Assembly (NCBI RefSeq): GCF_048403405.1
Contig: NZ_CP183129.1
From: Escherichia coli
Lineage (GTDB): Bacteria; Pseudomonadota; Gammaproteobacteria; Enterobacterales; Enterobacteriaceae
DNA length: 64,000 nt
Direction: 5' to 3' (one strand)
In this document: positions 55,042 to 64,000 of the stretch, piece after piece
How the letters are laid out: each line of letters starts with the position of its first letter
How positions within the stretch are numbered: position 1 is the first letter of the stretch
Position numbers and translations under genes: made by a program
The notes under the pieces: model-generated
The model's input: only the letters and a program-made list of their open reading frames with translations
The model's database searches: none
What the model was told of the DNA's origin: nothing

Positions 55042-56112
55042 ATGAAGCTGGTTGAACACTACATCATGCGTGGTACGCGCCGTCTGGTGCTGATTATCGT
55101 CGGTTTTCTGATCTTTATTTTCGCCAGCTACTCCGCACAGCGTTATCTGACCGAAGCGGCAAATGGGACATTAGCTCTTGATGTTGTGCTGGATATCGTT
55201 TTCTACAAAGTGCTGATTGCACTGGAGATGTTGTTACCTGTTGGACTGTATGTGTCAGTTGGCGTGACGCTAGGGCAGATGTATACCGATTCGGAAATCA
55301 CAGCTATCTCTGCGGCGGGGGGCAGTCCGGGACGCTTGTACAAAGCCGTTCTTTATCTGGCGATACCGCTAAGTATTTTTGTCACCCTTCTGTCGATGTA
55401 TGGTCGTCCGTGGGCTTATGCGCAGATTTATCAACTGGAGCAACAGTCACAGTCGGAGCTGGATGTTCGCCAGTTGCGGGCAAAGAAATTTAACACTAAC
55501 GATAACGGACGAATGATCCTTTCGCAGACGGTTGATCAGGATAATAATCGCCTGACTGACGCGCTGATTTATACTTCTACTGCCAATCGAACCCGCATTT
55601 TCCGCGCCCGTTCGGTTGATGTGGTTGACCCATCACCTGAGAAACCGACCGTTATGTTGCATAACGGGACCGCCTATCTTCTCGATCATCAGGGGCGTGA
55701 CGACAACGAACAGATCTACCGTAATCTGCAATTACATCTGAATCCGCTGGATCAAAGCCCTAACGTCAAACGCAAAGCAAAATCGGTCACGGAGCTGGCG
55801 CGCTCCGTCTTTCCAGCCGATCATGCCGAACTGCAATGGCGACAAAGCCGTGGCCTGACAGCATTGTTGATGGCGCTGCTGGCCATTTCATTAAGTCGGG
55901 TAAAACCGCGGCAAGGGCGATTTTCAACATTATTGCCACTGACGTTGCTGTTTATTGCCATTTTTTATGGCGGCGACGTCTGCCGTACGCTGGTGGCTAA
56001 CGGCGCGATTCCCCTCATTCCTGGTTTGTGGTTAGTACCCGGACTCATGCTAATGGGCCTGCTGATGCTGGTCGCACGCGACTTCTCTTTGCTGCAGAAA
56101 TTTTCCCGATGA
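55042..56112 (+). CDS. LptF/LptG-family (YjgP/YjgQ) permease, first paralogue
   Basis: 356 aa; N-terminal pattern similar to LptF (YxxRxxxxxxxxxxxxF, TESEIT-like TDSEIT); polytopic. Confidence 0.8.
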   Translation: MKLVEHYIMRGTRRLVLIIVGFLIFIFASYSAQRYLTEAANGTLALDVVLDIVFYKVLIALEMLLPVGLYVSVGVTLGQMYTDSEITAISAAGGSPGRLYKAVLYLAIPLSIFVTLLSMYGRPWAYAQIYQLEQQSQSELDVRQLRAKKFNTNDNGRMILSQTVDQDNNRLTDALIYTSTANRTRIFRARSVDVVDPSPEKPTVMLHNGTAYLLDHQGRDDNEQIYRNLQLHLNPLDQSPNVKRKAKSVTELARSVFPADHAELQWRQSRGLTALLMALLAISLSRVKPRQGRFSTLLPLTLLFIAIFYGGDVCRTLVANGAIPLIPGLWLVPGLMLMGLLMLVARDFSLLQKFSR

Positions 56113-57188
56113 ATGTTTTCAGTCGCTATTTAATCCGTCATCTCTTTCTCGGTTTTGCCGCCGCCGCAGGGCTATTGCTGCCGCTTTTTACCACCTTCAA
56201 CCTGATTAACGAACTGGATGATGTCAGCCCGGGCGGTTATCGCTGGACTCAGGCGGTGCTGGTGGTGCTGATGACCTTACCGCGTACACTGGTCGAACTT
56301 TCGCCGTTTATCGCCTTATTGGGAGGGATTGTTGGCCTGGGGCAGTTATCGAAAAACAGTGAGCTTACCGCCATTCGCAGCACTGGGTTTTCTATCTTCC
56401 GTATTGCACTGGTGGCGCTGGTTGCCGGGATATTGTGGACTGTTTCGTTAGGCGCGATAGATGAGTGGGTGGCGTCGCCATTGCAGCAACAGGCGCTGCA
56501 AATCAAATCGACTGCCACCGCGTTGGGGGAGGACGATGACATTACCGGCAATATGCTTTGGGCCAGGCGCGGTAATGAATTTGTGACGGTGAAATCGCTG
56601 AACGAGCAGGGCCAGCCTGTGGGCGTGGAGATATTTCATTATCGCGACGATCTCTCGCTCGAATCCTACATTTTTGCACGCAGTGCCTCCATTGAAGACG
56701 ACAAAACGTGGATCCTGCATGGTGTGAATCATAAAAAATGGTTGAATGGCAAAGAAACGCTGGAAACATCAGATAATCTTGCCTGGCAATCGGCCTTCAC
56801 CAGTATGAATCTTGAAGAGTTATCGATGCCGGGAAATACTTTTTCTGTCCGTCAACTTAATCATTACATCCATTATTTGCAGGAAACCGGGCAACCCAGC
56901 AGCGAATACCGCCTTGCACTGTGGGAAAAACTGGGACAACCCATCCTGACCCTGGCGATGATTTTGCTGGCTGTGCCGTTTACCTTTAGTGCCCCGCGTT
57001 CGCCTGGGATGGGTAGCCGTCTCGCTGTAGGCGTCATCGTGGGCTTACTCACCTGGATCAGCTATCAAATCATGGTCAATCTGGGGTTGCTATTTGCGTT
57101 GAGCGCACCTGTTACCGCGCTCGGTTTACCGGTAGCGTTTGTGATGATGGCGTTGAGCCTGGTGTATTGGTATGACAGACAACATTAA
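56109..57188 (+). CDS. LptF/LptG-family (YjgP/YjgQ) permease, second paralogue
   Basis: Start set at the ATG at 56109 overlapping the upstream stop (ATGA); about 359 aa; N-terminus MNVFSRYLIRH resembles LptG. Confidence 0.8.
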   Translation: MNVFSRYLIRHLFLGFAAAAGLLLPLFTTFNLINELDDVSPGGYRWTQAVLVVLMTLPRTLVELSPFIALLGGIVGLGQLSKNSELTAIRSTGFSIFRIALVALVAGILWTVSLGAIDEWVASPLQQQALQIKSTATALGEDDDITGNMLWARRGNEFVTVKSLNEQGQPVGVEIFHYRDDLSLESYIFARSASIEDDKTWILHGVNHKKWLNGKETLETSDNLAWQSAFTSMNLEELSMPGNTFSVRQLNHYIHYLQETGQPSSEYRLALWEKLGQPILTLAMILLAVPFTFSAPRSPGMGSRLAVGVIVGLLTWISYQIMVNLGLLFALSAPVTALGLPVAFVMMALSLVYWYDRQH

Positions 57189-57222
57189 ACCCGCCGTGGC
57201 GCAGCGCCACAGCGGGCTCACA

Positions 57223-58395
57223 TTACTGCTTCAGAGTAGCAAATGCCTGAATGATGGCATCGATTTGCTCACGACTGTGGGCAGCGTTTACGCTACAGCG
57301 CAGCAGCGTGATGCCTGCAGGCGCGGCAGGTGGCAGGATAAGATTCACATAAACGCCCAGCGAAATAAGCTCGCGCCAGATGCGTAAACCTTCCTCTTTC
57401 GAACCGATTATTACTGGCACTACCGGGCTAATATGTGAACTTAACTCATAACCCAGTTTTTGCAGACCGTCATACAGATGGTTGGCATTATCCATCAGCT
57501 TTTGCCGCAACTCTGGTTGTGTAGCAATGGTTCTTAACGACGAGCGCACGGTCGCAATGCAGGACGGAGAAGGAGAGGCGGTAAAAATATACGGGCGGCT
57601 GCCGTAGCGCAGCACTTCCATCGCTTCCGAACCGACAGCAAAACCGCCAATCGAGGCCAGACTTTTACTGAAAGTACCAACGATAATATCCACATCATCT
57701 TCAACGCCAACGGCTTCAGCCAGTCCGCGCCCCGTTGCGCCTAACACGCCAAACGAATGCGCTTCATCGACAATCAAATAACCACCGAGACGACGTTTGA
57801 TATCAACAATTTCCGCCAGCGGCGCAACGTCACCGAGCATACTGTAGATGCCTTCAACGATGATAATCGCCTCTTTTGCCCGTTCACCGAGGCGAACCAT
57901 GCGCCGTTCCAGATCTTTAGCATCGTTATGGCGGAAACGAATAATTTCCGCGCCACCGAGAGAACAGGCGTCATAAATACTGGCGTGGCTGTCGGCATCC
58001 AGTAACACCACGGCGTTATGGTCGGCAAGTGCGCTGATGACGCCTAAATTAGCGGTATAACCGGTTGAAAAAACGATAGCGGTAGGGCGATTAAAAAACT
58101 CGGCGATCTCTTTCTCTAACGCCAGATGCGGCGCATAACTGCCGTTTGCCATACGAGAACCGGTGGTGCCGGTGCCTTGGGCCGCTAACGCTGCCTGACC
58201 TTCGGCGATGGCATCATGATTGAAGGTTAATCCGAGATAATTATTGGTCCCGGCCAGAATCACTTTTTTATTGCCGATCCGGCCTTCGGTGGCGGAATAC
58301 ACTCCATCAATACAGGTACCAAACGGCGTTAACCCGTTGTCACTAAATTGCAGTCGCTCGCCAGCAAGACGCGCATATTTATCGTATAGCCCCAT
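57223..58395 (-). CDS. Alpha-oxoamine synthase, serine-palmitoyltransferase-like (PLP-dependent)
   Basis: 390 aa; PLP-lysine motif GTFSKSLASIGGF closely resembles the bacterial serine palmitoyltransferase GTFSKS signature; class I/II aminotransferase fold pattern. Confidence 0.85.
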   Translation of the reverse strand: MGLYDKYARLAGERLQFSDNGLTPFGTCIDGVYSATEGRIGNKKVILAGTNNYLGLTFNHDAIAEGQAALAAQGTGTTGSRMANGSYAPHLALEKEIAEFFNRPTAIVFSTGYTANLGVISALADHNAVVLLDADSHASIYDACSLGGAEIIRFRHNDAKDLERRMVRLGERAKEAIIIVEGIYSMLGDVAPLAEIVDIKRRLGGYLIVDEAHSFGVLGATGRGLAEAVGVEDDVDIIVGTFSKSLASIGGFAVGSEAMEVLRYGSRPYIFTASPSPSCIATVRSSLRTIATQPELRQKLMDNANHLYDGLQKLGYELSSHISPVVPVIIGSKEEGLRIWRELISLGVYVNLILPPAAPAGITLLRCSVNAAHSREQIDAIIQAFATLKQ

Positions 58396-58643
58396 TATTT
58401 ATTCTCCAGCCATGGAAGTAGTGTTTCCATTAATTGCGCAGGGGTTTTGACATCCAGCAGAATATTAATAGGAATGGAAATATCGAATCTGTCTTCCAGC
58501 ATCATTAAGAGATCCATCACTTTGATCGACTCCAGGCCAAGATCGTTGACGAGATCGCTGTCGGGCTTAATTTCCACACCGTTTTCGACCAAATCCTGTA
58601 AACAGGAAAGGATGTAATCCATTACTATTTCACGATTTACCAT
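58395..58643 (-). CDS. Acyl carrier protein
   Basis: 82 aa; phosphopantetheine-attachment motif DLGLESIKVMDL; stop overlaps the synthase start (TAATG). Confidence 0.85.
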   Translation of the reverse strand: MVNREIVMDYILSCLQDLVENGVEIKPDSDLVNDLGLESIKVMDLLMMLEDRFDISIPINILLDVKTPAQLMETLLPWLENK

Positions 58644-58674
58644 AGAAACGTTAACACACCTTTAAACAAGACAA

Positions 58675-59589
58675 TCAAAATAGCCCGTTGCGTAATGCGT
58701 GTTCCAGGCTAATCCCGGGAAACCAATTAATATCTTCAGAAATACGGTTATTACTTGCTGACCAGTCGGCGTGGGTTAATTCACGGATTTTCGAGCGGGT
58801 CAGCATAGGTTCTTTACCCGCCAGACGGCTCAACGCGGTACTGATATCCGCAAGGCAGGTGAGTACCGACAGAGGAATACCAACCATTCGAACGGAACCA
58901 CAACGGGCGTCGGCGGCAAGCTGTCTTACGCGTTGCCAGTCATAGCCGCCGGCGACGCCATCGCATAATTCATAGGTTTGCGTCTGTACAGTTTCGGCGC
59001 TTAACCACTGCCCCACGGCTTGCGCGAAATCGGTGACGTGCAGGAAAGAGAGCTGTGTATCTGGCGCACCAAGTCGTGGCAGCAGGCCGCGCAGCATCCA
59101 GTCAAACAGCGGTTTTAACTCTTTATCGCCGGGACCATACACGGCTGTCGGGCGAAAAATGCCCAGCGTAATTTCGTCAGCCATTGCGGTCAGTCGTTGT
59201 TCGGCGACGTGTTTGGAATTTGCGTACCAGGAGAGTTCGGGATGGCGCGCCGCCAGCGAAGAGATAAACAGAAAACGTTGGCAAAAGCCGCTCTCTTTTG
59301 CCGCTTGCATCAGTCGCAGGCTGCCGTCAACGTTACAGCGGGTAAAAATCTCTTCTTTGTGCCCGCGCACTTGCCCGGCGCAATGGACCACCGCGCTGGC
59401 TCCGGCAACCAGTTCGCTAAGTGAATGAGTATCTTCCAGAGAACCGCGCACCCAGGTGAGATTATCATTGACGTGAGCGCGGGCAGTACGCGTCAATGCG
59501 CGAACGTGAAAGCCGCGGGCGAGCAGGTTATCGATAATATATTTACCGATAAACCCGGTAGCGCCCGTCACCGCGACAGTTTGATTCAT
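58675..59589 (-). CDS. NAD(P)-dependent epimerase/dehydratase-family (extended SDR) reductase
   Basis: 304 aa; Rossmann motif GATGFIG and catalytic YANSK (YxxxK). Confidence 0.85.
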   Translation of the reverse strand: MNQTVAVTGATGFIGKYIIDNLLARGFHVRALTRTARAHVNDNLTWVRGSLEDTHSLSELVAGASAVVHCAGQVRGHKEEIFTRCNVDGSLRLMQAAKESGFCQRFLFISSLAARHPELSWYANSKHVAEQRLTAMADEITLGIFRPTAVYGPGDKELKPLFDWMLRGLLPRLGAPDTQLSFLHVTDFAQAVGQWLSAETVQTQTYELCDGVAGGYDWQRVRQLAADARCGSVRMVGIPLSVLTCLADISTALSRLAGKEPMLTRSKIRELTHADWSASNNRISEDINWFPGISLEHALRNGLF

Positions 59590-61307
59590 GCCAGGGATTC
59601 CTGCACATGAAGGCTTGCAGCATAAGCCTTCTGATAACGTTTTTTCGCTTCCGCACGGGCAGGCTTGCCGGAGGACGTTCGGGGAATACTGTGGGGCGGC
59701 AACAGATCGATAGCCGCGGTCACGCCAAATTCGCTTTGGATCCGTGCTGCCAGCGCGTGGATAAGCTGCCCGCGACGTTCTTCATCGCTGATCCGACACT
59801 GGATCTGCAAAATGATTTTTTCCTGGGCGGTAACAAAAGCAATCGCATCGCCAGAATGAATTTCCGGTTCCTGTTCCGCAATATATTCAATATCCTGCGG
59901 CCAGATATTACGGCCACGAATAATAATCAGATCTTTAATGCGTCCGGTGACATACAGATAACCGTCCAGCAGATAACCGAGGTCGCCGGTGTCTAACCAG
60001 CCCGTCGCGGCAATCTCGTCTTGCGAAACCTGGTCGCCAAAGTAACCGCTCATCAGGCTGGGGCCGGAGATGCAAATATGGCCTACCACACGTTCCGCGA
60101 CAGGTATACCTGCTTCATTGCGGATTTCAATGCCATGTTCCGGCAACGCTTTACCGCAGTTGACGAAAGTCGATACGGCGCGTGTTTCAGCATCCGGCGC
60201 GACGGCTTTGCCCTGATATTCGAGGATGTCGCGATCCACTTCGTTAACCACAACCCCGGAAGCTTCATCAGAGAAGCTGACAGCCAGCGCATTTTCTGCC
60301 AGTCCGTAGCACGGCATGAAAGTTTTATCGTCAAAGTTGACCTGACGGAAACATTCAGCGAATTGATGGAGTTGTTCTGCGGAGATGGGTTCTGCACCAA
60401 TACCAGCGACGCGCCAGCAGGAAAGATCCAGTTCAGCGAGATCTTTTTCATTCACGCGGCGCTGGCACAATTCATAGCCAAACGGCGGCGCAACGGAAAC
60501 GGTGCCGCGATTTTTACTGATCAATTTAAGCCATTGCAGAGGACGCATGGCAAAATCCTGAGTGCGCAAATAATCTACTGAAAGCTGCGTGGCGACGGGG
60601 GTCAGGAGAAAGCCGACCAGTCCCATATCATGGTAGAAAGGCAGCCAGGAGACGCAGCGGTCGCCAGGGCGTAATTTAATGCCATCGTGGCTTATAGCAC
60701 GTAGATTAGCCATCACTTCGCGATGGGTGATAATGACGCCACGGGGAAAACGGGTGCTGCCGGAGGTGTACTGGAGGTAGGCGATATCGTTCGGAACTGG
60801 ACGCTGGAGCGCAACATCGGCTTCCGGTAATGCCTTAAACCAGGCGTGGCTTAAAACATGTAATTCGGGGTTGTTATGCGTAGCGGCATTGACCAGTGGC
60901 AACCACTCATCACCAGTGATAATGGCTGCGGGCTGGCAACTTGCCAGTAAACCCTGCAGTTTGGCGCTCCAGGAATCCCGCTGACCGACGCCCATTGGAA
61001 TCGCCAACGGGACGGCGACTAAGCCGGCATACTGGCAGGAAAAAAAAGCCTCTACGAACCCGCTACTGGTTTCGGCAATCAGCGCCACGCGATCGCCTTT
61101 TTTCAGGTTCAGCGATAACAACCGCTTCGCACCAGCTTCGGCACGCGCTTTTAACGTCTGATATTCCAGTTGATCTTCAAGTTGGCAACGTCTGTCATAA
61201 AAATTCATTCCGGCGCTACTCAGAGCGGCGTAGTCCAAAGCATCAACCAGCGTTGGAAAATCGGCATAGCGCATAGGTAGGGAATGCGTAAAGATTTTAT
61301 TAGACAT
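59586..61307 (-). CDS. Fatty acyl-AMP ligase / acyl-ACP synthetase (AMP-binding superfamily)
   Basis: AMP-binding motif YTSGSTRFPRGV; 4-bp overlap with the downstream reductase gene; start set at the first ATG (61307) because the tracked ORF begins with TTG at 61334; a start at 61274 is also possible. Confidence 0.82.
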   Translation of the reverse strand: MSNKIFTHSLPMRYADFPTLVDALDYAALSSAGMNFYDRRCQLEDQLEYQTLKARAEAGAKRLLSLNLKKGDRVALIAETSSGFVEAFFSCQYAGLVAVPLAIPMGVGQRDSWSAKLQGLLASCQPAAIITGDEWLPLVNAATHNNPELHVLSHAWFKALPEADVALQRPVPNDIAYLQYTSGSTRFPRGVIITHREVMANLRAISHDGIKLRPGDRCVSWLPFYHDMGLVGFLLTPVATQLSVDYLRTQDFAMRPLQWLKLISKNRGTVSVAPPFGYELCQRRVNEKDLAELDLSCWRVAGIGAEPISAEQLHQFAECFRQVNFDDKTFMPCYGLAENALAVSFSDEASGVVVNEVDRDILEYQGKAVAPDAETRAVSTFVNCGKALPEHGIEIRNEAGIPVAERVVGHICISGPSLMSGYFGDQVSQDEIAATGWLDTGDLGYLLDGYLYVTGRIKDLIIIRGRNIWPQDIEYIAEQEPEIHSGDAIAFVTAQEKIILQIQCRISDEERRGQLIHALAARIQSEFGVTAAIDLLPPHSIPRTSSGKPARAEAKKRYQKAYAASLHVQESLA

Positions 61308-61678
61308 ATACACCACGAAAAAATTGGATATCAAAAATAAAATGACAATAATGCGGTGGATTATATAGGCATAAAAGATAAATGAGATAGTATTTTCATC
61401 AGTGTGAAAATGAACATTGATTTAAATAATGAGTTTGAGTTTTTTTGTTTTTATTGTGAATGATATTTAATTTATGAATGTATTAAGAAGAAGCCTTGTC
61501 CGGTCGCCTTAAATCGACAAAAGGCATTGTGGCGCTTCTGTGTAGTCTCTGACCTTATCGTAATCATTAATAAATGCTATTTATTCGTCGTTTGTATTCA
61601 TTGGGTTGATTATTAAGGTGCCGTTCGTTGCTGTTGCAACCTGTTTGTCACCGTTAATTATTTGTTACCCACAGAACT

Positions 61679-62821
61679 ATGGAATGCGATCTGCTGATGA
61701 TTAAAATTGAAAAAGTAATTAATAAAAATGACCTTAAGGCATTTATCGCTTTTCCGTCATCACTTTATCCCGACGATCCAAACTGGATACCCCCTTTATT
61801 CATTGAACGCAACGAGCATTTGTCTGCGAAAAATCCGGGGACGGACCATATCATCTGGCAGGCGTGGGTGGCAAAAAAAGCCGGGCAGATAGTTGGGCGA
61901 ATTACCGCGCAAATCGATACCTTGCACCGTGAGCGTTACGGTGAAGATACCGGTCATTTCGGCATGATTGACGCCATTGATGATCCGCAGGTTTTTGCCG
62001 CGTTGTTTGGCGCAGCGGAAGCGTGGTTGAAGTCACAAGGAGCAAGTAAGATCAGCGGGCCTTTCAGCCTGAATATCAATCAGGAAAGCGGATTACTGAT
62101 TGAAGGTTTCGATACACCACCCTGTGCGATGATGCCGCACGGTAAACCGTGGTATGCCGCGCATATTGAACAATTGGGTTATCACAAAGGCATTGATTTA
62201 CTGGCGTGGTGGATGCAGCGAACCGATCTTACTTTCTCTCCGGCGCTAAAAAAACTGATGGATCAGGTGCGCAAAAAGGTGACCATTCGCTGCATCAATC
62301 GCCAGCGGTTTGCCGAAGAGATGCTGATCCTGCGTGAGATTTTCAACTCTGGCTGGCAGCATAACTGGGGATTTGTGCCGCTTACCGAACATGAGTTCGC
62401 GACTATGGGCGATCAGCTTAAGTACCTGGTGCCGGACGATATGATCTACATCGCCGAGATTGATTCTGCACCCTGTGCGTTTATTGTCGGCTTACCGAAC
62501 ATCAACGAGGCGATTGCCGATCTGAACGGATCGCTCTTTCCCTTCGGCTGGGCAAAATTGCTGTGGCGTTTAAAAGTCAGCGGTGTGCGAACTGCGCGAG
62601 TACCGCTGATGGGCGTGCGGGACGAGTATCAGTTCAGCCGCATCGGCCCGGTGATTGCGTTGTTATTGATTGAAGCCTTACGCGATCCGTTTGCCCGCCG
62701 GAAGATCGATGCGCTGGAGATGTCATGGATCCTCGAAACCAATACAGGCATGAATAACATGCTGGAACGCATTGGGGCGGAGCCGTACAAGCGTTACCGA
62801 TTGTATGAAAAGCAGATTTGA
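61679..62821 (+). CDS. yghO: GNAT-fold N-acyltransferase-like protein YghO, full length
   Basis: 380 aa intact ORF divergent from the ligase operon; GNAT-like assignment from sequence pattern; K-12 carries only a yghO pseudogene as I recall. Confidence 0.7.
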   Translation: MECDLLMIKIEKVINKNDLKAFIAFPSSLYPDDPNWIPPLFIERNEHLSAKNPGTDHIIWQAWVAKKAGQIVGRITAQIDTLHRERYGEDTGHFGMIDAIDDPQVFAALFGAAEAWLKSQGASKISGPFSLNINQESGLLIEGFDTPPCAMMPHGKPWYAAHIEQLGYHKGIDLLAWWMQRTDLTFSPALKKLMDQVRKKVTIRCINRQRFAEEMLILREIFNSGWQHNWGFVPLTEHEFATMGDQLKYLVPDDMIYIAEIDSAPCAFIVGLPNINEAIADLNGSLFPFGWAKLLWRLKVSGVRTARVPLMGVRDEYQFSRIGPVIALLLIEALRDPFARRKIDALEMSWILETNTGMNNMLERIGAEPYKRYRLYEKQI

Positions 62822-62827
62822 TGGCAG

Positions 62828-63592
62828 TCACCCCTGCTTCATCTCCAGCGGCACCGCCGAGCGAATCAAATGGTGGCCTTCCAGCTCGATATCGTGGAGA
62901 TTCTTTTTCACGGTCCGCACATGATCGCGTGCTGCGCGCTGGGCGACGTGCGGCAGACGCTGCAACACCGCGTTGTAGATCCGTGCATGCTGGCGATCGA
63001 TCTGCTTTTTTTGCTGTGGTCGATGGTAGAGATTATTTACGCTGGCAAACACTGAATTAAACATCAGATCGGTCAATGATTGCAGCGTAAACACCAGCAC
63101 CTGATTGTGGGAAGCCTGACAAATGGCGAGATGGAAAGCGTGATCCAACTGCGCATGTTCGATCAGCGAAATCTCTTTGTTGTTCTCACTGGCGGCGAGC
63201 ATTTTTTCATAACAGCGGGTTATCACAACAAAATCAGCCTGCGTTCCCAGCGTTGCCGCCAGCCTTGCCGATTCGCCCTCCAGCAATGCGCGAACGTCGA
63301 GCAGATCATACAGCGTTCGCGGCTGCGTACTGAACAGATGGATCAGCGGGCTGGTGTCCTGCACCCGATTAAGCCGTGCGACACGAGAATCGCGACCCTG
63401 CGCCGTTTCAATAATCCCGCGCCCGCGCAGCACGGTCAGCCCTTCACGCAGTGCGGAGCGTGAGAAGCCGAGCTTTTCACACAGTCGACGTTCCGAGGGA
63501 AGCGGCTGACCGACCTTCAGTACGCCGTCGATAATTAACCGTTCGATACTCTCTGCAACCACTTCGCAAATAGGGCGACGTTCATCTTTCAT
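62828..63592 (-). CDS. glcC: Glycolate operon activator GlcC (GntR/FadR family)
   Basis: Start set at MKDERRPICEVV, giving 254 aa; N-terminal GntR helix-turn-helix. Confidence 0.93.
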   Translation of the reverse strand: MKDERRPICEVVAESIERLIIDGVLKVGQPLPSERRLCEKLGFSRSALREGLTVLRGRGIIETAQGRDSRVARLNRVQDTSPLIHLFSTQPRTLYDLLDVRALLEGESARLAATLGTQADFVVITRCYEKMLAASENNKEISLIEHAQLDHAFHLAICQASHNQVLVFTLQSLTDLMFNSVFASVNNLYHRPQQKKQIDRQHARIYNAVLQRLPHVAQRAARDHVRTVKKNLHDIELEGHHLIRSAVPLEMKQG

Positions 63593-63842
63593 TCCCGGAC
63601 CTCGTGCACAGGTAGGACCAATTTTTCTGTTCTTAACTCGCAAAACACGCACATCACGTAAGTGATTACGTTACATCAATTTAACATTAAGTTAACCAAG
63701 GCAAGGTCACAGAGCTGGAAAAAAAATGGTCTGACCGGTAGCTAAAGAGATAGACGAAAACGAAAAGCCCGCTTAATAACTGTTCACAGAAGCAGCGCGC
63801 AAAAATCAGCTGCCACACAACACAACAAAGCGAAGCCTACTC

Positions 63843-64000
63843 ATGAGCATCTTGTACGAAGAGCGTCTTGATGGCGCTTTACCCGATGTCGACCGCACAT
63901 CGGTACTGATGGCACTGCGTGAGCATGTCCCTGGACTGGAGATCCTGCATACCGATGAGGAGATCATTCCTTACGAGTGTGATGGGTTGAGCGCGTATCG
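63843..64000 (+). CDS. glcD: Glycolate oxidase subunit GlcD, N-terminal fragment (continues beyond the window)
   Basis: ATG at 63843 followed by MSILYEERLDGALPDVDRTSVLMALREHVPGLEILHTDEEIIPYECDGLSAY..., open to the window end; divergent from glcC. Confidence 0.88.
   Translation, partial: MSILYEERLDGALPDVDRTSVLMALREHVPGLEILHTDEEIIPYECDGLSAY

Overview
This 64 kb window reads as an Escherichia coli-type chromosomal segment, syntenic with the K-12 nudF to glcD region but in reverse orientation. The core genes are: nudF (3' end), yqiB, cpdA, yqiA, parE, ygiN, mdaB, qseCB, ygiW, ygiV, ygiS, parC, plsC, ftsP, ygiQ, yqhH, yqhG, dkgA, yqhD, yqhC, yghB, metC, exbBD, yghA, yqhA, gpr, yghX, yghW, the complete hydrogenase-2 operon hybOABCDEFG, yghU, gss, pitB, yghTSRQ, glcC and the 5' end of glcD. 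All gene identities come from reading the translated ORFs and from remembered family motifs and K-12 gene order; no database search was run. Three accessory blocks stand out. (1) 52.3-62.8 kb: a lipid-biosynthesis-like cluster encoding a serine-palmitoyltransferase-like enzyme, an acyl carrier protein, a short-chain reductase, a fatty acyl-AMP ligase and a divergent GNAT-like acyltransferase, flanked by paired LptF/LptG-like permeases, a YtfJ-like periplasmic protein, a flippase-like YghQ and three P-loop paralogues. This gene set resembles bacterial ceramide/sphingolipid pathways and is the most interesting candidate system in the window. (2) 12.3-14.0 kb: an AT-rich islet between mdaB and qseC with an orphan type VI secretion Hcp gene, a lysozyme-like candidate effector and a small membrane protein that may be its immunity protein. 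(3) 4.05-11.25 kb: a TonB-dependent receptor plus ABC importer (siderophore-type) island between parE and ygiN, co-transcribed with an RpiR/SIS-family regulator. No rRNA, tRNA, CRISPR array or IS element was recognised. Several intrinsic terminators and one REP element are listed.
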